64,000 nt of DNA from an uncultured Methanoregulaceae archaeon (GCA_964428385.1 CAYRYR010000001.1:20-64019); one strand, 5' to 3'; numbered from the stretch's first letter, positions 9,888 to 19,783 are shown. Notes: a model not told the origin generated them from the sequence alone. Numbers and translations are program-made.

Positions 9888-10892
9888 TTAATCATGTGGT
9901 TTTCCAAAGGTTATAGTAGATTTTTTTAATGTATCACCACTGCTGACAATTGTTGTAATAAATCCGGTTGCATTGGATCCGGTTATTAGAGATGATACAA
10001 AAGATCCCGGCACGCCAGTGCGGGATGTGGGATTTTTCACCCAGGTTGTATTTTTCAGGGTGTATAGAGAGACATCCCCCTGTCTGATGACGATGTATGA
10101 GTCATTATCAGAAAATGGAAAGGAAAATTGTGGGGAACTCAGTAATCTTTCTCCACCAAACGGACTTCCTGTACGGGAGAGGCTGGATTGAATATGTGAA
10201 GTTTTCCCAGGGGTTACATATGTTCCTATGGTAAGGTTATTGTATCCGGGTAAGTAAAAGCAGACTTCATGTGCCCCACAGGGAATATTTGCAAGGAGTT
10301 TTGGGGTTGTTCCATACAATACATTATTGATAAATATCTCTGCACCCGGTGGATCACTTGCTGCTATGATAGATCCGGTAGCTGATTGTTCCGGAGATGT
10401 ATGGGTTTTAAAGGAGAAATCAGTATTATTAGCAATTTCTGTTTTTTCGTTTTGTATATTTTCCTTTTGTATTAATGGAATTTCGCAGGATAGTAGTGCG
10501 GAACATGGCTGATTGTACTGGTCCCCGTCAAACGTAACCATTTGGTACGGTTCTGTCTGATTGAAGGGAGTATAAAAAGAAAATTCCCCATTTGCGTCTG
10601 TATTGGTAGATACTTGTGTACTGGTTTCAGGATCCATGGTATCAGAAATAGAGCAGATTAATCTGATTTCTTTCTCTGCAATTGGTTTATCATTAGACGA
10701 GCTGAGCGTTCCATAGATCCAGAACCAGGATCCTGATTCTCCATTTCCAGGGTTACATTCTACAATAATCCGGGTTGCATTCTGGTCAGCAGATGCACTT
10801 TGTACCTGAAGAAGGATAACAATGAGAAAAATTGCAATTCCTGTTGTGACGATACGATAACTGAGACATTCTTTGTACTGGTGATGGTACAT
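9888..10892 (-). CDS. Exported PEGA-domain protein
   Basis: Signal peptide (IFLIVILLQVQSASA). PEGA unit (SDPPGAEIFINNVLYGTTPKLLANIPCGAHEVCFYLPGYN). First ATG at 10892; the track start is TTG at 10901. Confidence 0.65.
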   Translation of the reverse strand: MYHHQYKECLSYRIVTTGIAIFLIVILLQVQSASADQNATRIIVECNPGNGESGSWFWIYGTLSSSNDKPIAEKEIRLICSISDTMDPETSTQVSTNTDANGEFSFYTPFNQTEPYQMVTFDGDQYNQPCSALLSCEIPLIQKENIQNEKTEIANNTDFSFKTHTSPEQSATGSIIAASDPPGAEIFINNVLYGTTPKLLANIPCGAHEVCFYLPGYNNLTIGTYVTPGKTSHIQSSLSRTGSPFGGERLLSSPQFSFPFSDNDSYIVIRQGDVSLYTLKNTTWVKNPTSRTGVPGSFVSSLITGSNATGFITTIVSSGDTLKKSTITFGKPHD

Positions 10893-11545
10893 GATAATCA
10901 ATAATCAAGTATTCGATCCTGGAATGGTATGAATCAATCGATATTTGTTCCTTGTATAGGAATGAATTGTGATAAAAAGGTGGGATATTACAGATCATCT
11001 CCGGAATGGTTGTATGAATCACACAAAAGAATCTCAATCTGATTAGTATTATGAGGAATAGAAATACCTTGGCTGATATCTCAAATGCGCGTGGAATTAT
11101 CCTGAAAATTGTCTGAATACAAAATAGAATGATGAGATAAGTGTGATCTCTAACATGAGACAATCATCATATTGTCTGGTCATGATTTACTCAACTGAAT
11201 TGAATATAGTATTTGCATTTGTACTCACTATTTTTACCAGTTCCAATAATTTTTCCTCTTTCCTGATCGAAAAATCTACAGTATCATTGGCTTTTAGATA
11301 GTATGCATAGGGAGCACATTTTCCGTTTCCAGATAGTGTTTCGTTATATGTATACAGGATGATATAGTATCACACGAGAGTATGTAGAGAGTCCCTTTGT
11401 TGATCTCGTAAAAAATGGAATAAATGGGGGGTCTTGTGAGCATTTCGGAACGTATCGCGTCCTGGTTCACCTGGGTGGCATATGAGAGATACTTCAAGAC
11501 TCAATAACCTGCACCCCTAAAAAGTCATATGAGAGGAGATACATC

Positions 11546-12607
11546 ATGATAGCAATCCGATTTTACCGGATTTATGATATTGAGCAGGAGATACATCTTG
11601 ATTTACTGGAGCAGGCTCTTGCACGGAATTATTTTACCGCACGTGCAAGTTTTCTCAGGGTCAGTCCTAAATCCATTATGATGGAGAACCCCCCGCTTCT
11701 TATCAGTATGCATCCTGTTACAGTTGAATGTGAAGGGATATTTTTTGAATTCAATGCAATTGTAAAGATCTATGATATCGGAGCTATCAGTCTTTGTTTT
11801 GTGTATCAGGATAATGCCATCCCATCTTCTGCTCTGGAAGAGACCGCTTTTATCCTTGCCGGGCAGGAGTGTATTTCTGATCTCTTCCAGGCGTATCTGA
11901 AAAATCTAAGTGAAATTTTGTATCCTTATATTGCAAGCCATTCAATTGATCCTGGTTTTTATGAAGATTATACGATATATGTTACAGATACTATTGATAC
12001 AACGATTGATTCTGCAGTATTACTGAACAGTGAACGGGTTTCACTTTCATCTCATATGCGTGAAGAGATTGAGAAAAATACCCTGAGCTATACCTGCGAT
12101 GACAGGGTTACTTTCTCATGGGACGCAGCCTTACTATGTAACCCGGAGACTCCTACCGATATGATTGAATTGATAGAATTTGCAAATGTTCAGGTTCTTG
12201 AGCTCCGTTATTATGATCGGTTACTGACGAAACAGATGGCCAAGATGTATGATGATATTGAACAGGCAGACAAATTACCTAGTTTCAGAAGAGCACGTCA
12301 ATATCATGCTATTATGGCATATCTGATGGAACTGTTTGCAGATATTTCAGAGATAACTGATAAGATTAACAATCTGATAAAGGTCACTGAGGATATTTAT
12401 TATGCCAGGGTATATGCAATGGTCCTTAAAGTAGTGCGAATCAGTCAGTGGAGTGATAGTGTAGACAGAAAGATAGAAGTTATCTATAAAAATTATTCAA
12501 TGCTATCAGACGAGGTCAGGATCCAACACTCAAATTTTTTGGAATGGATTGTTATTATTCTAATTGCGATGGAGTTATTTTTTGCCATCTGGCAGAATTT
12601 CCGATGA
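11546..12607 (+). CDS. DUF155 / RMD1 (RMND1)-family-like protein with a C-terminal TM helix
   Basis: Good Shine-Dalgarno-like GAGAGGAG upstream. The C-terminus ...HSNFLEWIVIILIAMELFFAIW resembles the conserved LEWIIIxLI TM tail of DUF155. The family call is from memory only. Confidence 0.4.
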   Translation: MIAIRFYRIYDIEQEIHLDLLEQALARNYFTARASFLRVSPKSIMMENPPLLISMHPVTVECEGIFFEFNAIVKIYDIGAISLCFVYQDNAIPSSALEETAFILAGQECISDLFQAYLKNLSEILYPYIASHSIDPGFYEDYTIYVTDTIDTTIDSAVLLNSERVSLSSHMREEIEKNTLSYTCDDRVTFSWDAALLCNPETPTDMIELIEFANVQVLELRYYDRLLTKQMAKMYDDIEQADKLPSFRRARQYHAIMAYLMELFADISEITDKINNLIKVTEDIYYARVYAMVLKVVRISQWSDSVDRKIEVIYKNYSMLSDEVRIQHSNFLEWIVIILIAMELFFAIWQNFR

Positions 12608-13088
12608 TACCTTGTGAAGTACTATCTATAACAAATACTAACATCAGCAACGGTTTTTATATGTCCCAGTAGTATGCTGGTTCAATAGTTTCAACCCTTC
12701 TTTTATTCCATCGTTTTTGCTTGTAACATCTCCGCTGGTTTCTCTAAAAGGGTAACCTGCCGATAATATCCCTGGCTTTATTCAGATGTTATAAGATATT
12801 TTATAATGGGTTTTAGTTATTTGGTTTACATATCCGGGTGATGACCAGAAATGGATCATGGGTCCCGTTCGGGTCATTCCCGATTGTAACGAAGATTGAG
12901 CCATATCAGTCATTGAGGAAGAAATCTCACCTGTACAATCTATGTGTCAGCATATGTCAGATAGCATATTTTATTGACCAAATAACCCAGGCACTCGGAT
13001 TTTTAAAAAGGATTGATACGCAGAAGTGAATGGAGTCTGGTTCCGTGATTGAATCGGTCATTCTATCTCTTAAATCTACCCATATACT

Positions 13089-16000
13089 ATGGATCCGGGG
13101 GGACACAAAACGCATTATAATACGAATGAAACCGAGGATATAAGGAATCCTCCACGAATTCCTGTACAATATCACCCCATTCTCCATGCCCTTTTTGACC
13201 CGGCAGTCAATATGATTGCATTATGGGCAGAAGAAAAACTACAGATTATCCAAAAAAAACAGGGGAAAAAATCTTTCAATTCAGCAATTGAACCATATCC
13301 CTATGCAATTCCTCTCACTGGTTTATCAGATCTCATCAGTGCAATAACCGGGGATCCGTTTCCTCCCTTAAAAACAAGCAAATGGTATATCCATGTTCCA
13401 ATTATTCATGACACTCCGGTCTGTTCACACCCTGATGTACAGAAATATCCGGGGAGGAAACCCAAAAAAACCCAACTTTCTCTTTATTCAGTACCGGTCA
13501 CCCTCTATCCGTATGACCGACTGAGTACCCTCTTTAAGTACCAGGAAGAACTATCCCGGGATTATGTTATTGGTGATTCCTTACAATATCTCTTTCTTCT
13601 TCAGGATGCTGCCATCCGTCTTGTCAGAAGTGGTCACTTCAAACCTGCGATCCGTAAAGTAAATACCCGTTATAATGCCTGCTTTGTTCCATCTCTCAGT
13701 CTGGAAGAAAATCAGTGGCTGACAGAATATGCTGATTGTATGCCCCCGGTCTGCAGGTTCGTCTTTCATAGAAAAAGCAAAAGAGAAACTGTTTCAAATC
13801 CACACTCACGAGTAGTATTTGTCCTTACTGCTATGATGCAGGTGATAATTACCCAGGCACTCACATACAACCCGCCTGCCATCAGGGCAGGGGCAAAAAT
13901 GCTGGTATCGCAACAGAATGAACTTGCCTTCATTACAGACCTTACTAAAAAAGAGTTTCCCATTTCAAACCCTGATATGGAGAAATGGTTTGCAACAGAT
14001 ATGCATACCTGGCTTACCTTTTCCCGGGAAGATCAGAATTTTCCCTCATTTTGTTCGTGTATCATGTTTCAGGAACCAATGGAGGGCAATTATGAGCCTT
14101 GGTCAATCAGCCTGCACCTGCAGTCACAAGAAGATCCTTCCCTTATCATTCCGGCAAAGATTATCTGGAGTCTCACCGGGGATGAAGGCGGAATGCTCCC
14201 TCCTGCTGCATATCTTAAAAAGGAACTTCTCTCTGGTCTTGGTAAAGCAGTATCCGTATCTACGGTGATAAAAACTCACCTCTCTGGATCAGAACCAGAT
14301 CGTGGAGAATGTACACTCAAAGAGGCTACAGCATTTCTTGGGAATGAGGCAAAGAAGATACATGAAAAGGGAGTTTCTCTCCTCCTGCCTGCCTGGTGGA
14401 CAGAACAGAAAGCACGCCCGAAAATTGAGGTGAAAGCGGGCTATAAGGGTGGATTTTCCGGGAAGTCATTGCTTGGGATATCTCAACTGATATCCTTTGA
14501 TTATCAGATTGCACTTGGTGATGTGACCATTTCTCCTGATGAGTTCTGGCAGGCAGTGGATCTTAAAACACCCTTTGTGAAAGTGGGGGGCCGGTGGATA
14601 TCCTGTGATACCGGAACAATCTCAAAGGCTCTGCAGAATTTTGAGAAACGGTACATCAAAGGCAAACCGACAGCAGGTGATCTTATTCGGTTATCGGTGG
14701 GTGAGGATGAAGAGTCTGATATGAGCATCTCTGTCAGGGCATCTGATGACTGGACATCAGATCTCCTTTCTCTTATTAAATCAGGGAAAGACTCTGTCCA
14801 GAGGAGGATTCCCAAGACATTTGCAGGAACCCTGCGGCCATATCAGGAGGAAGGTCATGCGTTCCTTCTTGGCTGCACAGAACGGGGATTTGGGGCCTGT
14901 CTTGCTGATGATATGGGTCTGGGTAAGACTCCGCAGACAATAGCCTGGCTGCTCAGCCTGAAAACGACAGATCCAGATCTTGCTCCTGCTCTTTTAGTAT
15001 GTCCTATGTCGGTAGTGGGGAACTGGGAGCATGAAATCTCCCGATTTGCACCCACATTGTCAGTCTGGATTCATCATGGAACAGCCCGGTGTAAGGGGGA
15101 TGAATTTATCCGCCTGGTCAGGACATATGATCTGATTATTACGACATATCACCTGGTTGGCAGGGATCTCGAGCACCTCTCCCAGGTTCCCTGGTCTGCC
15201 GTTATCCTTGATGAAGCACAGAATATCAAAAATCCGCAGACAATACAGTCAAAATCCGCGAAAAAAATTCCTGCTGCCAGACGGGTAGCCCTGACCGGTA
15301 CACCGGTGGAGAACCGGCTTGTTGAACTCTGGTCAATTATGGATTTTTTAAATCCCGGTTATCTTGGCTCGCAACATGCTTTCCAGTCCCGGTATGCCTC
15401 TTCGATTGAACAGGAGAAGGATCCGGTTGCAACTGCTGAACTCCGGCGTCTCATCAGGCCATTTATTTTGAGGAGAATGAAGACGGATAAGTCGATAATC
15501 GGGGATCTTCCTGAGAAGATGGAGACACGGGTGTACTGCTCTCTTACCCGTGAACAGGCTACCCTGTATCAGGCGGTGGTGAGTGATATGGCTACCACTC
15601 TTGATGAAAGCACGGGAATTGCCAGAAAAGGGGCGATTCTCCGGGTAATTACCCGTCTCAAACAGATTTGTAATCATCCCGGTCTGATTGCGAAAGATAC
15701 CAGCATGAGACCGGATCGTTCAGGAAAAGTCCAGAGGGTTCTTGAGATGTTAGAAGAGGTCTGTGATGTACAGGATTCAGCACTGTTATTTAGTCAGTAT
15801 GCCACATTTGCAACAGAACTGGCAACCATCTGCAAAAAACATTTTTCCTGCCCGGTTCTGCTTCTTACCGGGTCAACGTCCAGAAAGCAGCGTGAAAACC
15901 TGATTCATCAGTTTCAGACAGATGCGGGCCCGGCCATATTTATCATATCTCTTAAGGCAGGGGGAACCGGCCTTAATCTTACCGCTGCAACTCATGTGTT

Positions 16001-16268
16001 TCACATCGACCGGTGGTGGAATCCGGCGGTGGAAGATCAGGCTACCGACCGGACCTACCGTATAGGCCAGAAACGTAATGTTCAGGTTCACCTCATGATT
16101 GCGTCAGGAACCCTTGAAGAGCGGATTGATGAGATGAACCAGGCAAAACGAAATCTGGCAGAGGGAGTGCTTGCCAGTGGGGATGATTTCCTTACCAGCC
16201 TCTCAACAGAGGAATTGATAAGAATAGTCTCATTGCGGGATACGGTATTTGCCGGGGAGGGAGACTGA
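13089..16268 (+). CDS. SNF2-family (SWI2/SNF2) DNA-dependent ATPase/helicase with a long N-terminal SNF2-associated region
   Basis: LADDMGLGKT (motif I), DEAQNIKNP (motif II), LTGTPVENRL, helicase_C motifs (GGTGLNLTAATHVFHIDRWWNPAVEDQATDRTYRIGQ). ~580-aa N-terminal region typical of prokaryotic SNF2 proteins that pair with SWIM proteins. Confidence 0.9.
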   Translation: MDPGGHKTHYNTNETEDIRNPPRIPVQYHPILHALFDPAVNMIALWAEEKLQIIQKKQGKKSFNSAIEPYPYAIPLTGLSDLISAITGDPFPPLKTSKWYIHVPIIHDTPVCSHPDVQKYPGRKPKKTQLSLYSVPVTLYPYDRLSTLFKYQEELSRDYVIGDSLQYLFLLQDAAIRLVRSGHFKPAIRKVNTRYNACFVPSLSLEENQWLTEYADCMPPVCRFVFHRKSKRETVSNPHSRVVFVLTAMMQVIITQALTYNPPAIRAGAKMLVSQQNELAFITDLTKKEFPISNPDMEKWFATDMHTWLTFSREDQNFPSFCSCIMFQEPMEGNYEPWSISLHLQSQEDPSLIIPAKIIWSLTGDEGGMLPPAAYLKKELLSGLGKAVSVSTVIKTHLSGSEPDRGECTLKEATAFLGNEAKKIHEKGVSLLLPAWWTEQKARPKIEVKAGYKGGFSGKSLLGISQLISFDYQIALGDVTISPDEFWQAVDLKTPFVKVGGRWISCDTGTISKALQNFEKRYIKGKPTAGDLIRLSVGEDEESDMSISVRASDDWTSDLLSLIKSGKDSVQRRIPKTFAGTLRPYQEEGHAFLLGCTERGFGACLADDMGLGKTPQTIAWLLSLKTTDPDLAPALLVCPMSVVGNWEHEISRFAPTLSVWIHHGTARCKGDEFIRLVRTYDLIITTYHLVGRDLEHLSQVPWSAVILDEAQNIKNPQTIQSKSAKKIPAARRVALTGTPVENRLVELWSIMDFLNPGYLGSQHAFQSRYASSIEQEKDPVATAELRRLIRPFILRRMKTDKSIIGDLPEKMETRVYCSLTREQATLYQAVVSDMATTLDESTGIARKGAILRVITRLKQICNHPGLIAKDTSMRPDRSGKVQRVLEMLEEVCDVQDSALLFSQYATFATELATICKKHFSCPVLLLTGSTSRKQRENLIHQFQTDAGPAIFIISLKAGGTGLNLTAATHVFHIDRWWNPAVEDQATDRTYRIGQKRNVQVHLMIASGTLEERIDEMNQAKRNLAEGVLASGDDFLTSLSTEELIRIVSLRDTVFAGEGD

Positions 16269-16271
16269 ATC

Positions 16272-17168
16272 ATGAGACGCAGAAAACCCTGGTGGATTAA
16301 GAGCATCTATGATGTTCCGGAGAATGAGAGAATTTCCTTAAAAAGCCGGGACGGTCCGGTGTTGGAGAACTGGTGGGCGAGATCTTTTGTACAACTCCTT
16401 GAGAGTGCCGGAGAGAAAGGAAAGCTTTCCCGAGCTAAAAATTGTGCCAGAAATGGTTCGGGTTCACGACTACGGGTAATTCCAGGGCTTGTAAAAATGG
16501 GGATATGCTGCACAGGGCATTCCATTAAGGACGTTTTCCTGCACGTTCCGGTATTTACCGATGACGTTTGGGAGCGACTTATCTCCGTTGTTGCAGCCGA
16601 TGCAGCCCTATCCGGAGTTCTGCTTGCGGGGGATTTCTCCGAGGACTTTGCAGATGCAATAAAAAAAGCAGATATTCATCTTGTCCCTCCCACGTACACA
16701 AGTATCCGTTCGTATTGTTCATGTCCGGATGCGTATAATCCCTGTATTCATATCGGTGCAGCCTGGTATTATTTTGCAGAGTATCTGGATGAAAACCCCT
16801 GGGAACTCTTTACCATTCATGGGATGGAGAGAGAGACGGTGGTTACAAGGGTGAAGGAAAAACTGGATATTTCCGTATCTTTTCCCAAAAAACCGATTGT
16901 TCCAAGAAAAGTGGATATAAAGGAAGGTTCTCTTGAGATTCCTGAATCCTATTTTCTAAAAGATTTTTTCTGTATGACAAAATGTCCATTGGATTTTTCT
17001 GAAATTCAGGGTACTCCATCAGAGATTACACCAGTCAGACTACTTGGCCCGTCACCGTTCATGTTGGGAGGAAAAAATCTTTCTCTACGTATTGAGGATC
17101 TCTACCCGGTCATCCGGGAGTATGCTGATCTGTTGCTGAAAAAAGAAGATGAAAAAGGTATACACTAA
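16272..17168 (+). CDS. SWIM zinc-finger protein (COG4279-like partner of the SNF2 helicase)
   Basis: CxC-x7-CxH motif (CSCPDAYNPCIHIGAAWYY). N-terminal WWxxxF...RAKNCARNG pattern. Starts 3 nt after the SNF2 stop. Confidence 0.85.
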   Translation: MRRRKPWWIKSIYDVPENERISLKSRDGPVLENWWARSFVQLLESAGEKGKLSRAKNCARNGSGSRLRVIPGLVKMGICCTGHSIKDVFLHVPVFTDDVWERLISVVAADAALSGVLLAGDFSEDFADAIKKADIHLVPPTYTSIRSYCSCPDAYNPCIHIGAAWYYFAEYLDENPWELFTIHGMERETVVTRVKEKLDISVSFPKKPIVPRKVDIKEGSLEIPESYFLKDFFCMTKCPLDFSEIQGTPSEITPVRLLGPSPFMLGGKNLSLRIEDLYPVIREYADLLLKKEDEKGIH

Positions 17169-17301
17169 AAGGGGTGTACTATGGCATGGTATCTATTGGT
17201 AACAAAATATTCGGGTATTTATCGGCAATGAGACATTCAGGCATTGTTGCTATGGTGCAGGAATCAAAAATTTTATCTCTTATAAATGAGAATATTTTAT
17301 T

Positions 17302-17344
17302 GGCCCTTTCTTTTGAGTCTTTGAACTCGTTTTAAAGAAGGGCC
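17302..17344. terminator. Imperfect hairpin between convergent genes (possible bidirectional terminator)
   Basis: GGCCCTTTCTTT ... AAAGAAGGGCC (11-bp stem with one bulge) followed by a T-rich run. Lies between the SWIM gene and the 88-aa ORF. Confidence 0.3.
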
Positions 17345-17387
17345 GTCTTTATTTTGTGTATATTAACCGGAATGTGGTCTGGATTGT

Positions 17388-17654
17388 CTATCTTTTAACA
17401 TAAATTTGGATACTATCAATTTTTCCCTGTTGAATCGTCTCAAGCGTAGCTATGTATCTGGACGGCTCATACTCTTCAGGTTCAATTGATTCATAAAACG
17501 GAGAAAAAGTGAAGTATGATTTCAATTGCGGATCTAAAAAGATCACATATTTCCTATCCTCTACCGGTAGAATTGCCAGATTATTTTTCTTAAACACGGA
17601 AGGACAGGAGGATCTGGTATCCATCTTCGCAAGAAGACGAGGGGTCTTTTCCAC
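17388..17654 (-). CDS. Small hypothetical protein downstream of the Dam methylase (possible restriction-gene remnant or unknown partner)
   Basis: 88-aa ORF with a GTG start (first ATG at 17624). Same strand as the methylase and 86 nt downstream of it. No recognisable motif. Confidence 0.3.
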   Translation of the reverse strand: MEKTPRLLAKMDTRSSCPSVFKKNNLAILPVEDRKYVIFLDPQLKSYFTFSPFYESIEPEEYEPSRYIATLETIQQGKIDSIQIYVKR

Positions 17655-17739
17655 AAAAAGCCCGGTTTCAGGGTTTCAGCAGTAAGAAACGAGTATCCGT
17701 TCTCTGTTATCTCCTAAAAAAGAAATCGTTGAGAATACA

Positions 17740-18753
17740 TTATCCCAGGATGAGTCCTTGTTGAGTGTCATTTATATCAGGCGGTTGATAATTCATCACG
17801 ACAATCTCATAAATCTCACCACGTTTTTCCCCTTTACTATTAATGAAGCGTTTAGCCAGTACCCGTTCTATGGTATAAGCCTTGTAGAGATCATCAAAGA
17901 AATGGTCTGTCGGATCCTCGTTTTTTGGATCTGAGTTACTTAAGAGCACCTTCGCCCCGATGGTATCTATCGTCGTGAAAAATTTAGAAAGACGGACCTG
18001 ATCATCTTCTGAGAATCCTCCCTGTGAATAGGAAGTGAAGGAAGAGGTCTGGTTTAGTGGCCGGTACGGGGGATCGATATAGACAAAGGTCCGCTCATCA
18101 ATAAAATCCTCACATATGCTGAAATCGCCGAGAAGTATGGTGGTATTCAAGAGAAGTTCTGATGCTTTGACCAGATTAGATGCATTCACGATTCTTGGAT
18201 TTTTGTATTTTCCAAATGGGACATTGAACCCCCCTTTCGTATTGACCCGAAAGAGACCATTGAAACAGGTCCGGTTCAGAAACAGAAGCTGGGCTGCCCG
18301 TTCTATCCATTCACTCCTGTAAGTGGAATAATCAAATCCATTCCGTTTTGCATTCAGGTCATCCCTGATTTCATAGTACATCACACTTCTGTCGGATTCA
18401 TTGAGGATATCATATTGTTCCTGAAACTGAGTCAGGAGAGCGATGAGAGCATGTACATCCTGTTGCACAACCTTGTATGTAAGAACAAGTTCCTCATTGA
18501 TATCACAGATAACTGATTCTTTCATAGGGAAATGCTGGACGATGTAAAAAAATACTGCTCCCCCTCCGATAAACGGCTCCACGTACCGGTCAAGAACGCC
18601 TGTTCTTAATTCTGTCGGGAACCGGTCAGCAAATTCCCCGAGGAGTTGGTTCTTTCCTCCGGCCCATTTGAAAAAGGGTGTTGCCGGTCCGTTCTCCTGG
18701 TTGCTTTTTCGTCTTTTTACAGGTGGTAATCCTGTACCGGGAATAGATTTCAT
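17740..18753 (-). CDS. Dam-family site-specific DNA (adenine-N6) methyltransferase
   Basis: FFKWAGGKNQL (motif X/I region) and YIDPPYRP (DPPY catalytic motif IV), in the order typical of alpha-class Dam/DpnIIA enzymes. Confidence 0.9.
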   Translation of the reverse strand: MKSIPGTGLPPVKRRKSNQENGPATPFFKWAGGKNQLLGEFADRFPTELRTGVLDRYVEPFIGGGAVFFYIVQHFPMKESVICDINEELVLTYKVVQQDVHALIALLTQFQEQYDILNESDRSVMYYEIRDDLNAKRNGFDYSTYRSEWIERAAQLLFLNRTCFNGLFRVNTKGGFNVPFGKYKNPRIVNASNLVKASELLLNTTILLGDFSICEDFIDERTFVYIDPPYRPLNQTSSFTSYSQGGFSEDDQVRLSKFFTTIDTIGAKVLLSNSDPKNEDPTDHFFDDLYKAYTIERVLAKRFINSKGEKRGEIYEIVVMNYQPPDINDTQQGLILG

Positions 18754-19066
18754 GGATGTTTCTGATTATCAAAGGATACTTATTCAGATCTGTATGGTTC
18801 AATAGGGTATCAACATCCTGTTTCGTATGCATCTCCTCATAAAAAAGTTGAGGGTTCATACTTTTCTCTCACGCATTTTCACGCGGGATAATGCGGTGTC
18901 GGTACCTGGGTCAGGTCCATGGCCTCAAAACAGTGTGGTCAGATTATAGCAGCGTAAAAGTGATGTTGGGAAAAAAGAAAAATCACATCATTCGGATATA
19001 GTGATATTCATCTTTTGTTGGTGCACCAGGTACCCCCGTGAAATAACCCAGGATAACCTTTGATAC

Positions 19067-19666
19067 TCAGAAAAGAACATCCTCTCTTGGAAATCTGATC
19101 TTTGGCATCGGTGTATCTGCCGCATATCCCACCGGACAGAGCATGACTGGTACCAATGGTGCTGGTATCTTCAGGATCCGGGCAAATTCTGCAGGGTCGA
19201 ATCCACCCATCGGACATGAGTCGAACCCAAGAGCCTTTGCACCATTCAGTGCATTTCCAAGAGCCAGGTAGGTTTGGGCCTGTGACCAGGAAAACCGTTG
19301 TTCCGGTGTCATCTGTTCGACGAAATGCTGTGCCATGCCAAGGATATTTTTCTGTATATCATTCGGAACCTCGTGGCTCTTTAAGAGATCTCCAAGTCTC
19401 CTGATAAGGCTGTCATAATCGGGGTCTGCACAAAAGACGAACAGATGTGAACAGGTGGATATTTGCTCCTGGTCAAATGCTGCCGGTTTTAACTGTTCTT
19501 TTACCTGGCTGTCGGTAATCACCTTTATTTTCCAGGGTTGCAGGTTCAGTGCAGACGGGGCAAAGCGGACCAGATCCAGTAATTTGTCTATCTCTTCTTC
19601 TGGGATTTTCCTGCCATCAAACTTCTTTGTAGCGTATCGCTGCATCACTATATCGGTAAAGTCCAT
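19067..19666 (-). CDS. NAD(P)H nitroreductase-family flavoprotein
   Basis: MDFTDIVMQRYATKKFDGRKIPEE...RFAPSALNLQPW is the typical nitroreductase N-terminus; length 199 aa. Confidence 0.85.
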   Translation of the reverse strand: MDFTDIVMQRYATKKFDGRKIPEEEIDKLLDLVRFAPSALNLQPWKIKVITDSQVKEQLKPAAFDQEQISTCSHLFVFCADPDYDSLIRRLGDLLKSHEVPNDIQKNILGMAQHFVEQMTPEQRFSWSQAQTYLALGNALNGAKALGFDSCPMGGFDPAEFARILKIPAPLVPVMLCPVGYAADTPMPKIRFPREDVLF

Positions 19667-19783
19667 TGTCGTCTCTCCTTACAAGAATATGTGAGATGTA
19701 AGTTACATCACTATTAATTCTTATCTCCGGTGACTTTCAGTATTCACCTGTCTCAAAAGATAGTAACCGATGTGGGACTTTCC

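Noticed and set aside
10786-11163. 125-aa minus-strand ORF upstream of the PEGA gene
   Set aside because: Low-complexity, Ile/Phe-rich translation of AT-rich intergenic DNA. It overlaps the real gene start, has no motif, and its start context is poor.
11125-11200. Candidate C/D-box sRNA (ATGATGA at ~11136) and the hairpin AGACAAT-CATCAT-ATTGTCT
   Set aside because: There are no convincing D' or D boxes (CTGA) at the required 12-nt spacings, and no terminal stem. The hairpin alone is too short to call a feature.
18626-18859. 77-aa ORF overlapping the Dam start, considered as a controller (C) protein or an N-terminal extension
   Set aside because: Only ~35 codons lie outside the methylase gene, no HTH pattern is visible, and it is in a different frame with no obvious slippery site. 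It is mentioned under the Dam finding but not called.
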